This document shows positions 20,060-29,879 of a stretch of 64,000 bases of DNA, one piece after another. Location: contig JAUWOP010000002.1 in NCBI GenBank assembly GCA_030612045.1, forward strand, positions 5,894 through 69,893, read 5' to 3'. This DNA is from Chloroflexota bacterium (lineage in GTDB: Bacteria > Chloroflexota > Dehalococcoidia > UBA2247 > JAUWOP01). Both the position numbers and the translations under genes were made by a program. The notes beneath the pieces were generated by a model that saw only the letters and a list, made by a program, of their open reading frames with translations, was not told where the DNA came from and made no database searches. How positions within the stretch are numbered: position 1 is the stretch's first letter; each line of letters starts with the position of its first letter.

Positions 20060-20910
20060 TGCTGGCAGATTCCCACGCTCACCTTGATTGGGATGCCTTT
20101 GACGAGGATAGAGAGCAGGTAATCTCTCGAGCTCGGGAGGCAGGAATAGAGCTTATCCTGACTGTAGGGTGTAACCTGGAATCAAGCCGAACAGCTATCA
20201 GACTGGCGGAGGAGCATCAAGACATTCTGGCTGCTGTGGGCTTTCATCCCAATGATACCACTGGGGTAAAAGAGAGTGATTTGGAAACTCTAGCAGAACT
20301 TTCTCAGCACCCCAGAGTAGTAGCTATCGGTGAAATTGGATTAGATTTCTACAGGGAATGGTCACCGCACGAAACTCAGATTGAGGTATTTCGACACCAG
20401 TTGAGATTAGCTCAAGAAGTAGACCTCCCTGTAGTAATCCACTGCCGTAATGCACACTTAGAGATGTTAGAAATTCTCGACTACTGGGTTAGCCATCTTA
20501 CCTTACATCACAGTAACCATCCCCCAGGAGTTATTCACTGCTTCAGTGGTGATGTCGCCATTGCACAGAGGTACATTAGCCTGGGATTTCTTATATCTCT
20601 AGCGGGACCTGTTACCTATCCTTCTGCTCGTAATACTGTGAAGGTAGCGCAATATTTGCCTCCAGAATCCCTCCTAATAGAGACAGATAGCCCCTTCCTC
20701 GCCCCCCAGGACCATCGTGGCAAACGCAACGAACCAGCCTACCTGACTACTACAGCCAAAAAGGTAGCACAGGTTAGGGAAATGTCTCTCGAATCAGTCT
20801 GTAAATCTACCACCCAAAATGTCCGGTGCCTCCTCCGTCTGGAGGATAAAAACAATGTAACTACTCAGCCGACGATTGATAGCCACAGAGAACACGAAAA
20901 GGGTTATTGA
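20056..20910 (+). CDS. tatD: TatD family metal-dependent hydrolase, with a ~25-aa C-terminal tail encoded by a family-D repeat
   Basis: SHAHLDWDAF...GFHPN...GEIGLDFY is the TatD signature. The ORF is 284 aa, versus ~255 aa typical for TatD. The last ~55 nt (20855-20910) belong to the GTAACTACTCAGCC...GATAGCCACAGAG repeat. Confidence 0.8.
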   Translation: MMLADSHAHLDWDAFDEDREQVISRAREAGIELILTVGCNLESSRTAIRLAEEHQDILAAVGFHPNDTTGVKESDLETLAELSQHPRVVAIGEIGLDFYREWSPHETQIEVFRHQLRLAQEVDLPVVIHCRNAHLEMLEILDYWVSHLTLHHSNHPPGVIHCFSGDVAIAQRYISLGFLISLAGPVTYPSARNTVKVAQYLPPESLLIETDSPFLAPQDHRGKRNEPAYLTTTAKKVAQVREMSLESVCKSTTQNVRCLLRLEDKNNVTTQPTIDSHREHEKGY

Positions 20911-21045
20911 GTTTATAGAGTTCATTGGGTTCATTACGAGCCTTTCCCCTTTGTCATTGCGAGCGAAGCGAAGCAATCTCAGTGGGGGGAGGGGCGATGA
21001 GATTGCTTCGTCGCTAGCGCTCCTCGCAACGACATGGGGATGATG
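20855..21045. repeat. repeat cluster: family D, family C and one GTCATTGCGAG hairpin unit
   Basis: See the family descriptions above. 20941-21030 is a single A-type hairpin. Confidence 0.8.
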
Positions 21046-21100
21046 CTCCGCACAAATTCTCCTATAGAGACGATAGCCAGGTGAGAATGAATCAGACAAT

Positions 21101-22075
21101 TCAGTTTGGCTTCAATGCCTTTCCATGCTTATCAAGTAGTACATCGATAGCCGTGATATCTTCCTCAGAGAGCGTCTGGTCTGCAGCGATAACAGTTTCC
21201 TCAACCTGAGATGGACGCCTTGCACCTACAATAGCTGCTGTTACTTCAGAATGCCGCAAGACCCATCCTATGGCTAATTGTACTATAGTCCTGCCGCTCT
21301 TTTCAGCAATAGGACGCAAGCCCTCAACCAGTTCAAGATTGGCGCTTAATGCAGGCTCCTGAAAATGTGGCTGATTACGTCGGTGGTCATCCTGTGGCAG
21401 GTTTTGAATATATTCCTTGCTAAACTTTCCTGTAAGCAGTCCCCTTTGCATGGGACTATACACAATAACCCCAATCCCATTCATGGCACAATAATCTAGC
21501 AATCCCTCTTCAACACCCCGCTCAAGCATACTGTAAGGTGGTTGGAGAGAGGCTACAGGGTGGATAGGTTGGATGCGTTTAAGCTGTTCCGCGCTGAAAT
21601 TGGATACGCCAGCATAACGGACCTTGCCCTCCTTTACCAGGTTTGCCACAGTGCCCCATGCCTCCTCAATGTCTTCACCAGGATGTGGCCAGTGAATTTG
21701 ATAGAGGTCAATAACATCTACCTGGAGTCGCCTCAGGCTCGCCTCAATCTCGGAACGGATACTCTCTTTCTTCAGGCGATTGGATATATTCCCATCTTCA
21801 TCCCAGACCAGACCACACTTGGTAGCAATGATAGGTCTCTCATGCTTATACTTGATAGCCTTACCCACAACCTCTTCAGAATGGCCAAGCCCATAAACCG
21901 GAGCTGTGTCTATCCAATTCACGCCCTTTTCTAGAGCAGACAAAATGGCAGCCGTTGACTCCCTGTCATCTTGCGGTCCCCAACCGAACTCCCAACCACC
22001 ACCTCCTATTGCCCATGTGCCGAGTCCAATAGCCGACAAGTTAAGAGATGTCCTACCCAAAGCTCTTGTTTCCAT
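21101..22075 (-). CDS. aldo/keto reductase
   Basis: METRALGRTSLNLSAIGLGTW...WIDTAPVYG is an AKR signature. The ORF-track N-terminal 40 aa are probably not translated; the call starts at the internal METRALG. Confidence 0.75.
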   Translation of the reverse strand: METRALGRTSLNLSAIGLGTWAIGGGGWEFGWGPQDDRESTAAILSALEKGVNWIDTAPVYGLGHSEEVVGKAIKYKHERPIIATKCGLVWDEDGNISNRLKKESIRSEIEASLRRLQVDVIDLYQIHWPHPGEDIEEAWGTVANLVKEGKVRYAGVSNFSAEQLKRIQPIHPVASLQPPYSMLERGVEEGLLDYCAMNGIGVIVYSPMQRGLLTGKFSKEYIQNLPQDDHRRNQPHFQEPALSANLELVEGLRPIAEKSGRTIVQLAIGWVLRHSEVTAAIVGARRPSQVEETVIAADQTLSEEDITAIDVLLDKHGKALKPN

Positions 22076-22215
22076 GACCTCATCCTTTCCATAAGTGCTA
22101 CTCCACCAATAAATAGAGTAGATGCTAGAAATAGCATTGTCAATAGTGGTTCCAAACGGGCTGTCCAAAAAGGGTAACGTTAGCAAGGCGTCCACTCCTG
22201 TGGCAAGGAATTCTT

Positions 22216-22237
22216 CGTCGTGACAGGGGTCACGACG
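22216..22237. promoter_or_regulatory. perfect 9-bp palindrome CGTCGTGAC-aggg-GTCACGACG in the divergent intergenic region (AKR / moaB)
   Basis: Seen directly in the sequence. Candidate operator or structured element. Confidence 0.25.
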
Positions 22238-22406
22238 CTACGCAGAATGGGGTTTCTGGACACCCTGCAAATAACCATGTTTTAAGGTGATGATAGATTA
22301 TGCAAGGATAATCGGGTTTACAGTTAAAGAAGCAACCTCTATACTTAGGGAGTAAGAAGTGAGGATGAATCTCAGCGAGCTATGAAAGAAGAAGCGAGGA
22401 GGGGTA

Positions 22407-22910
22407 ATGGGGTATCAGGAACATAAGAGCAAAGCTCACGCGAGCATCAGCTGTGCTATAATCACTGTCTCTGATACCAGAACGGAAGAGGATGATGTCT
22501 CAGGAAGAATCATAAGGCAGAAACTTGAAGAAAAAGCACACAAAATAGTTTCCTCCTATATCCTCAAGGATAATGTCACACTGATTAGGGATAAAGTCCA
22601 GCAATTGCTGGGCAACGGGGGGATACAGGTCATCATAACTAATGGTGGCACCGGCATTAGCAAAAATGATGTTACAATAGAAGCAATATCCCCTCTTCTG
22701 GAGAAGAGATTAGATGGATTTGGTGAGGTCTTCAGGTTCCTGAGCTATCAGGAGATAGGAAGCGGTAGTATCATGAGCCGTGTTATGGCGGGAACTACAG
22801 GGGGGAAGATTATAATCTGCCTGCCAGGTTCGATAGATGCAGTGCGATTGGCAATGGAAAACCTAATCTTGCCCGAGATTAGCCATATGGTCTGGGAGGC
22901 AGCAAGGTGA
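22407..22910 (+). CDS. moaB: molybdenum cofactor biosynthesis protein B (MoaB/MogA family)
   Basis: VIITNGGTGISKNDVTIEA carries the GGTG motif. Size and fold are typical. Confidence 0.75.
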   Translation: MGYQEHKSKAHASISCAIITVSDTRTEEDDVSGRIIRQKLEEKAHKIVSSYILKDNVTLIRDKVQQLLGNGGIQVIITNGGTGISKNDVTIEAISPLLEKRLDGFGEVFRFLSYQEIGSGSIMSRVMAGTTGGKIIICLPGSIDAVRLAMENLILPEISHMVWEAAR

Positions 22911-24766
22911 ATCATATTTCCTGGCAAGAGCGATATAAAGACAAGCTATCTTCACCCCGCGATGCCCTCAAGTGCATCAAGAGAGGACACCGTGTTTTTA
23001 TTGGCTCGGCTTGTGCTGAGCCACAACTTCTGGTAGAAGAATTAGGACGAATCGGAGCTCACCTATCAGATACAGAAATTATCCATACCTTGACCCTTGG
23101 TGCAGCTCCATATACAGAACCCAGATTCATTGATAATTTCCGTCATAGCGCCTTTTTTATTGGTCCCAATGTGCGCCAGGCAGTTTCTGAAGGTCAAGCT
23201 GACTATATTCCCGCCTTTCTATCTGAAGTGCCTGCCATATTTCGAAGCGGTCGCATCCCTATTGATGTTGCCCTTATTCAGGTATCTCCTCCTGATGAAT
23301 ACGGGTTTTGCAGCTATGGGATATCCGTGGATATTGTAAAATCTGCCACCGAGAGTGCCAGGATTGTCGTTGCTGAAGTAAATCCTCAGATGCCCAGAAC
23401 TCTGGGTGATAGCTTTATTCACATCGATGACATTGACATCCTGGTAGAGAGCGACAGACCTATCCTGGAAGTGCATCCTGTTATCCCTGATAAGGCGATT
23501 GCTTCTCAAATTGCTGAAAATGTGGCTCAGCTCATCGAAGATGGCGATACATTTCAGATGGGTATAGGGAGGCTTCCCTATGCTATCATCCCCTTCCTCA
23601 AGGGTAAGAAGGACCTGGGAGTTCACACTGAGATGTTTGATGATGGAATCATGGACCTCATTAAATCAGGTACAGTTACTGGTAAAAAGAAGACCATACA
23701 TCCCGGAAAGGTTATAGCCAGCTTTTGCATGGGCTCCCGGCGCCTCTACGACTTTGTAAATAATAACCCCATTTTCGAATTCCACCCCTCGGACTATACC
23801 AGTAACCCCTTCATTATCAGCCAAAATGATAATATGGTAGCCGTTAATGCAGCGCTAGAGGTTGACCTTACAGGGCAGGTGTGTGCCGATTCTCTAGGTC
23901 ACGTCTTTTACAGTGGCATCGGCGTACACTGTGAGTTTATTCGTGGTGCTGCCTGCTCCAAGAGAGGCAAGCCAATTATTGTCCTCCCTTCAACCACCAG
24001 TGATGGCTTGAGGTCTCGAATTGTTCCTCACCTTAGTGAGGGTGCTGGAGTAGTTACTACCAGGGGAGATGTTCATTATGTAGTTACTGAATACGGAATT
24101 GCTAATCTACATGGGAGAAATATTCGCCACCGAGCGATGGATTTAATTCAAATTGCCCACCCCAAATTCAGGGAGGAGCTTCTAGCAGCAGCTAAGGAAT
24201 ATCACTATGTCTATCCAGACCAGGTGCTGCCACCACAGGCTGCACGATACCCCAGGGAATTAGAGATGCGTGAGACATTCAAGGATAACCTGCTCATCTT
24301 CTTCAGACCGGTAAAGCCAACAGACGAGCGCATGCTTCAAGAATTCTTCTATTCCCTTTCAGACAAGTCAGTATATCACCGCTATTTTACCGCCAAAAAG
24401 ACTATGCTCCACAGTGAGGCACAGTGGTTAGTGAACCTCGATTATAAAAAGCACATGGCAATTGCAGGGATAAGAAAGGATGAAAATGGGAATGAAAGAA
24501 TAATCGCTGTGGGACGTTATATCCTGAATCACTTTACCAACATGGCTGAAGTAGATTTTGGCATCAATGACCAATATCAGAATAAGGGCATAGGAAGCTT
24601 TCTGCTCAAATACTTAATCCAGATTGCTAAGGAACAAGGTATTTCTGGATTCACAGCGGAGGTTCTGGCAACTAATCCTAGCATGCTATGTGTCTTTCAT
24701 AGAAGTGACCGTATCGTTGAAAGCATCCTGGACAGTGGAACCTATTCCATCTTGCTCAGATTCTGA
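22907..24766 (+). CDS. acetyl-CoA hydrolase/transferase family protein fused to a C-terminal GNAT N-acetyltransferase domain
   Basis: The N-terminal ~430 aa match the AcH/4-hydroxybutyrate CoA-transferase family. The C-terminal ~170 aa carry a GNAT acetyl-CoA binding motif (QNKGIGSFLLKYLIQ). The start overlaps the moaB stop by 4 nt. Confidence 0.7.
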   Translation: MNHISWQERYKDKLSSPRDALKCIKRGHRVFIGSACAEPQLLVEELGRIGAHLSDTEIIHTLTLGAAPYTEPRFIDNFRHSAFFIGPNVRQAVSEGQADYIPAFLSEVPAIFRSGRIPIDVALIQVSPPDEYGFCSYGISVDIVKSATESARIVVAEVNPQMPRTLGDSFIHIDDIDILVESDRPILEVHPVIPDKAIASQIAENVAQLIEDGDTFQMGIGRLPYAIIPFLKGKKDLGVHTEMFDDGIMDLIKSGTVTGKKKTIHPGKVIASFCMGSRRLYDFVNNNPIFEFHPSDYTSNPFIISQNDNMVAVNAALEVDLTGQVCADSLGHVFYSGIGVHCEFIRGAACSKRGKPIIVLPSTTSDGLRSRIVPHLSEGAGVVTTRGDVHYVVTEYGIANLHGRNIRHRAMDLIQIAHPKFREELLAAAKEYHYVYPDQVLPPQAARYPRELEMRETFKDNLLIFFRPVKPTDERMLQEFFYSLSDKSVYHRYFTAKKTMLHSEAQWLVNLDYKKHMAIAGIRKDENGNERIIAVGRYILNHFTNMAEVDFGINDQYQNKGIGSFLLKYLIQIAKEQGISGFTAEVLATNPSMLCVFHRSDRIVESILDSGTYSILLRF

Positions 24767-24799
24767 GTCCTTCGGCTTCGCTCAAGGTAAACTCCGCGA

Positions 24800-25160
24800 A
24801 GGTAATCGTTCACCTGTGTCATTGCGAGCCCTTTCCCCCTGTCATTGCGAGCGAAGCGAAGCAATCTCATCGTTACTTCCCCCGCCGAGATTGCTTCGGC
24901 ACTGCGTGCCTCGCAATGACAGATTATGGGGACGCTCTTCGCAATGACAGATGTGGGGATCAGTCTATTTTCAGAGCAAAGAATCTCATTGGAGTGGAGA
25001 TGATGAGTTTATAGAGTTTGTAGTGTTATAGAGTTGATGGGGTTGGTGGGGAACTCAATAAACTCAATAAACTCAAAGAACTCATCGAGGGAGGGATGTC
25101 ATTTCGACCGAAGGGAGAAATCTTGAGCGTAAGATTCCTCACATGCGTTCGGAATGACAA
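24800..25160. repeat. dense intergenic repeat array: two nested A-type hairpin units, a family C unit and a degenerate B-type unit (25097-25158)
   Basis: The flank ATCGTTCACCTGTGTCATTGCGAG is shared with the 30903 copy. Confidence 0.85.
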
Positions 25161-25166
25161 TTTGGC

Positions 25167-27866
25167 ATGGGTGATAGGTTACTACGCTTCCTCAAAGCGC
25201 ATAAGCATTATGTATTTGCCCTCTTGATTCAGTTAGCACTGGCAGGATTCTTCTTCAACACCTGGGATGGCTTTGTATTCCTCACCTCCACACAGCAGTT
25301 TTTGGAAGGCATCTCCCCCTATCAGATAGGACTGGAAGCTCCACCATATGTATTCTACTCCCTCTTCGACACTGCGGAGAACTGGTATTCCTACCCACCC
25401 CTGCCCTTGTTCATGTTCTGTATCGGCTATGCCCCCTACTTCTGTCTGGGAGGAGATAGTCTCATCCCAGCACGGATACTTATCAAGCTTACCTTCATTC
25501 TGGGGAACTTGCTCTGTGCCTACCTGGTTTATAGATTCGTTGCCAGGACAAGTTCACAGAAGAGGGCTTCCCATGCAGAGAAATTAATCCTGTATAATCC
25601 CTTTCTCATCTATATCGCAGCAGTATGGGGGATGTTTGATATCTGGATGGTGAACTTCGTGCTGCTAAGTCTACTCTGCCTCCGCGGGAAGAGATGGGTT
25701 AGGGGTGGCATCTGCTTGGGGCTGAGCATTCTTACTAAACCACTGACCCTGATACTTGCTCCTCTTCTCGCTGTCCATGTGTGGAACAAGTCCGATACAA
25801 ATAGAGGCAAAGATAGAGAAAGGGAACACTCAGTCACTTCCTGTCATTCCCGCGAAGGCGGGAATCCAGGTGGGGTGGGACGGTCTCTGTCTCGATTCTC
25901 TATCTTTAAGCCCCTCCTGTTTCTCATCTGTGCCGCAGCTATCTTTATGCTGGTCTCTCTCCCCTTCATACTCCAATCCCCTGATGGATTCATCCACCAG
26001 GTCGTAGGTGAACATGCTGACCGCCCTCCCTTTGGCTGGTCTACCATGCAACTACTCTATGGGGGACAACACCTCAATGATTACTTCAGTATTAGCTTCA
26101 TCCCCTGGCTGCCCTGTTCGACAATTACCATCATTTCCACCGTCCTGATGATAATAGCGGCTGGAATAATCATCCTCTATTACCGCCTGTATCGCCAGCA
26201 GAGCGAAAAGTCGCTTCTGACCATGCTGTTCCTGACAATGTTATGCTTCGTCGTTTTCAGCAAGGGTGTAAGCCCCCAACACCTCGTTATCCCCATTGTC
26301 CTCTCTCTGACTCTTCTTTATGCCTACAGCGATTATAAATTTATACGGCAACGTGAACTCAGCCGCTATTATAAGATTGTTACCTTCTGTGGTCTGGGAG
26401 GAGTCTTCCTCGATGGGGGGCACTTCTTACACTTCCTCCAGCCAGATATTATCCTCTCCCTGACGGGGAAGACCGCCCTGGAGATGGAACAGGTGATAGC
26501 AGGAAGCTTTCCTGCCTCACCATATCTCTACTATGCTCTGACAGGGGCGATAACTCTAGCTTTTATCATCTGCACTGTAGTTATAGCAGCCATCATATTG
26601 TTTCGAGCCCTGGGGGGTATTATCCCCGCTATTGCCAGAAAGAGTGCCGGAGCAGTGCTACGGACAGGTCTGACTTCGAAACGGAGATTGGCTGAAAGGA
26701 TAGTAGCAGTCTTTCTGGTGTGTGCCTTTATTTTCATCCCTCTGTTGGCAGGCGGAGCAGATTTGCGGGGGGCAGAGCGAAACCACCCTCCCCCACCTCC
26801 CCCCTCCTCTTTCTATCGTCAGGATAAGCTTACAGGTGTGCTATATTACTGCTGGTGGAGAAACTCCTCATTTGACCCCACCAGGCAGTGTGATAACTGG
26901 CAGTGGGCAGGACTGACACCTGAGGAGGGCTACTATCACATCAATCAAGCTTACCTCAGAGAAGACATCCTTCAGATGAAACAGTCAGGCATAGACTTCG
27001 CCATAGTTCCCATTTCAGGTGAGATGAGAGAGAGCTACAATGCCTTCGCCATGGCTGCTGAGGAGGAGAACTTCCGCTTTGCTCCTATGATAGAGTTGTA
27101 TAACCTTGATATCGATAGACCCATTGTAGAGAAGGAAGGTCTCGACTCAGTGTCAGAGGTAAAAGAGGATTTACTGGATAAGATAGATGCTGCCCTGGCA
27201 AGAAGGAATTCTCCTGCCTACCTGTGGTATGAGGATAAACCAGTAGTATTCTTGCATCCCGATGTCTACTTTATATCTGAAGGTAACCTGCCCTCACCCT
27301 ATAGCACAGCAGAGTTCTGGCAGGAGATTGAATGCGAGGTAGAGCAAAAATATCATGAGGATATCTTTTGGGTAGCTGACTATAGCAGTTGGCGGGAGAA
27401 GGGAGAAGATATGGCGGTAGCGCCTGACTGTTTTGATGCAGTATTCTTCCGCTCTCCCTCTACAGTATGGGCTAGCAGCAACGGGAATGATTCAGCCCTT
27501 GATACATGGCAGGCGGAGATGCAGAGATTAAAAAGCTACTGCTTAGGGCAAGATATGCCCTATATCACAACAGTCATGCCCTACTATAATGACAAAACCA
27601 TGCGGGAACCAGGAATGGAGATACCCCAGGATATTGGCGGCGATTCTACATACGATTTACTATGGGAAATAGCTCTTGAGGAACGACCAAACCTGATTAT
27701 AATAGCCAGTTGGAATGAATACTTCGAGAGTTCCTGCATCGAGCCTACCCGGGAGTTTGGCACGCTCTTTCTTAACAGAACACAAGACTGGAACAGCAAA
27801 TTTAAAGGTAACTACTCAGCCACAGCCCTGACCTCCAATCATTCTCTGCAAATAGATACTTACTAG
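25167..27866 (+). CDS. large polytopic membrane protein: N-terminal GT-C-like multi-TM glycosyltransferase-like domain, a Pro-rich linker, and a C-terminal soluble glycoside-hydrolase-like domain
   Basis: More than 10 TM helices in the first 520 aa, a PPPPPPSS linker, and a C-terminal ...IIASWNEYFESS motif reminiscent of GH99/TIM-barrel families. Contains an in-frame B-type repeat insertion (25847-25886). The C-terminal tail is encoded by a family-D repeat. Confidence 0.55.
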   Translation: MGDRLLRFLKAHKHYVFALLIQLALAGFFFNTWDGFVFLTSTQQFLEGISPYQIGLEAPPYVFYSLFDTAENWYSYPPLPLFMFCIGYAPYFCLGGDSLIPARILIKLTFILGNLLCAYLVYRFVARTSSQKRASHAEKLILYNPFLIYIAAVWGMFDIWMVNFVLLSLLCLRGKRWVRGGICLGLSILTKPLTLILAPLLAVHVWNKSDTNRGKDREREHSVTSCHSREGGNPGGVGRSLSRFSIFKPLLFLICAAAIFMLVSLPFILQSPDGFIHQVVGEHADRPPFGWSTMQLLYGGQHLNDYFSISFIPWLPCSTITIISTVLMIIAAGIIILYYRLYRQQSEKSLLTMLFLTMLCFVVFSKGVSPQHLVIPIVLSLTLLYAYSDYKFIRQRELSRYYKIVTFCGLGGVFLDGGHFLHFLQPDIILSLTGKTALEMEQVIAGSFPASPYLYYALTGAITLAFIICTVVIAAIILFRALGGIIPAIARKSAGAVLRTGLTSKRRLAERIVAVFLVCAFIFIPLLAGGADLRGAERNHPPPPPPSSFYRQDKLTGVLYYCWWRNSSFDPTRQCDNWQWAGLTPEEGYYHINQAYLREDILQMKQSGIDFAIVPISGEMRESYNAFAMAAEEENFRFAPMIELYNLDIDRPIVEKEGLDSVSEVKEDLLDKIDAALARRNSPAYLWYEDKPVVFLHPDVYFISEGNLPSPYSTAEFWQEIECEVEQKYHEDIFWVADYSSWREKGEDMAVAPDCFDAVFFRSPSTVWASSNGNDSALDTWQAEMQRLKSYCLGQDMPYITTVMPYYNDKTMREPGMEIPQDIGGDSTYDLLWEIALEERPNLIIIASWNEYFESSCIEPTREFGTLFLNRTQDWNSKFKGNYSATALTSNHSLQIDTY

Positions 27867-27957
27867 CTCCAACTCATTACTGCGATATAACAAGAATGCC
27901 TCCTGCCAGAGCCATCGTTGAACACTTTGCTAAAGTGTTCACTCTACGACTTGCAGC

Positions 27958-29406
27958 CTATTCTTCCTCAATGTCCTGGTAGATGCTGCTGAACTGGGTC
28001 AGGGCAGATTCGAGGTTGTCGGCAATTTCCCGGGCGAGGATGTCTGGCTCTGGTAAGTTTGCGGAATCCTCAAGGCTTTCATCCTTTAGCCAGAATATGT
28101 CGAGGTTTACCTTGTCCCGTTGCATCAACTCCTCATAAGTGAAAGCTCTAAATCTCTCGGCTTCTTTTCTTTCGTGTCGATTCTGGGGATTGTAGCAGCG
28201 GACAAAATCTAGCAGGTCATCATCTCGCAAGGTATTGGTTTTAAGAGTAAAGTGCATATTGGTTCTAAAATCATATATCCAGAGCTTGTCTGTCCATGGC
28301 TTTTCGCTGCCCGGCTTGCGGTCAAAGAAGAGGACATTTGCCTTGACGCCAGGGCGGTAGAATACACCTGTGGGCAACCTCAAAAGAGTATGAACATCAC
28401 ACTCCTGAAGTAGTTTCATTCTCACTGTCTCACCGGCGCCACCTTCAAAGAGGACATTGTCAGGCACGACTATAGCAGCCCGACCATTAGTCTTGAGGAG
28501 TGTTTTCACATGCTGGAGGAAATTCAATTGTTTATTAGATGTGGTCGCCGAGAAGTCTGGACGTTCATAGACCTGTGATTCCTTATCAGCCTTTCCCTCA
28601 CCATTAACTATGGTGTAGCTGCTTTTCTTGCCGAAGGGCGGATTGGTGAGTACCATATCAAAACGCTCACCGGGGTCAGCTATGAGGCTATCCCCGCTTT
28701 CAACAGGAGTCTCAATCCCATGTAGATAGAGATTCATCACACAGAGTCTGACCACACCATCAACAATATCCTTCCCTCTGAAAGCGTTGAATTTAAGGAA
28801 TTCCTTCTGGTCTATGTCCAGGTTATTGTGTTTGGGGATATAGTCATAGGCTGCCAGCAAAAAGCCACCTGTGCCACAGGCAGGGTCGCAAATAATCATT
28901 TCCGGCTCAGGTCTCATAGCCTCAACAATAGCTTTGATGAGAGCCCTAGGGGTGAAATACTGCCCAGCGCCGCTCTTAACATCCTCGGCGTTCTTCTGCA
29001 GAAGACCCTCATATATCTCCCCTTTGACATCGACATCCAGCCCAACCCAGGTTTCGGCATTGATAAGTTCAATAAGGCGCTTGAGCTTGGCTGGGTCTTG
29101 AATCCTGCTTTGAGATTTGCGAAAGATAATGCCGAGCATACCGCTCTCTTTGCTCAGGGACTCAAGGATAAGACGGTAATGAGCCTCCAGGGCGGCTCCA
29201 TCCCTCTCCCGCAGGCTTAGCCAATCAAAGCCCATGGGAATGGTTGAGGGCTTGTTGAAAGGATGCCTGGTCTGTTCATCAGCCATCTTCAGAAACAGCA
29301 GGTAAGTTAGCTGTTCCACATAGTCGCCATAGCTTACACCGTCATCACGAAGCACATGGCAGTAGTTCCACACTTTTGAGACAATTGTCGATGATTCATT
29401 GGGCAT
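27958..29406 (-). CDS. hsdM: type I restriction-modification system methyltransferase subunit
   Basis: HsdM N-terminal domain and N6-adenine MTase motif DMVLTNPPFGKK (NPPF). Confidence 0.9.
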   Translation of the reverse strand: MPNESSTIVSKVWNYCHVLRDDGVSYGDYVEQLTYLLFLKMADEQTRHPFNKPSTIPMGFDWLSLRERDGAALEAHYRLILESLSKESGMLGIIFRKSQSRIQDPAKLKRLIELINAETWVGLDVDVKGEIYEGLLQKNAEDVKSGAGQYFTPRALIKAIVEAMRPEPEMIICDPACGTGGFLLAAYDYIPKHNNLDIDQKEFLKFNAFRGKDIVDGVVRLCVMNLYLHGIETPVESGDSLIADPGERFDMVLTNPPFGKKSSYTIVNGEGKADKESQVYERPDFSATTSNKQLNFLQHVKTLLKTNGRAAIVVPDNVLFEGGAGETVRMKLLQECDVHTLLRLPTGVFYRPGVKANVLFFDRKPGSEKPWTDKLWIYDFRTNMHFTLKTNTLRDDDLLDFVRCYNPQNRHERKEAERFRAFTYEELMQRDKVNLDIFWLKDESLEDSANLPEPDILAREIADNLESALTQFSSIYQDIEEE

Positions 29407-29879
29407 TAGCCACTATTTCCCCTCAAACTTTGATCTATATACTCAACTTTCAAAAACACACCATTAAGGTGGTCAAAATCATGGTCTGTTGTTAAAAGCA
29501 AAGCGTTAATCACCGAACCTGTAGCAGCAATCCATATATCATTCTTACCCATATTTCGTGAAGATACCCCTTGAAGTAGTTTTTTTGAGGGATGTTTGCC
29601 CTGGCTATACGCATCAATTTCTGCATACTTCTCCAATATCTGATGGTCACCAATGTCAGCGAAAGGGATTTTTCCTAAGATGTCCCCGATCTTTCGCTTT
29701 TTTTCTTCACTCCACCCAAATTGTAGAGATACAGAATAGATTTCCCCAACTGTTACCACAGAAATAAGTGCAATATTGGGTGGCATGGATACCCCAAAAC
29801 GCTTCTCTACATACTCGGCGTAGCCTGCCCCTCGCACATAGCCCAGAATGATGCCCGTATCTAGGAGGTAAGTAGTCAT
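29406..29879 (-). CDS. PIN-domain nuclease (VapC-like)
   Basis: LLDTGIIL at the N-terminus and LLTTDHDF near the C-terminus give the PIN acidic residues. 157 aa. Confidence 0.7.
   Translation of the reverse strand: MTTYLLDTGIILGYVRGAGYAEYVEKRFGVSMPPNIALISVVTVGEIYSVSLQFGWSEEKKRKIGDILGKIPFADIGDHQILEKYAEIDAYSQGKHPSKKLLQGVSSRNMGKNDIWIAATGSVINALLLTTDHDFDHLNGVFLKVEYIDQSLRGNSG

Noticed and set aside
21101-22195. Full 364-aa version of the aldo/keto reductase ORF
   Set aside because: The first 40 aa (MDALLTLPFLDSPFGTT...) are not AKR-like. The conserved AKR N-terminus begins at the internal METRALG, so the shorter start at 22075 is preferred.
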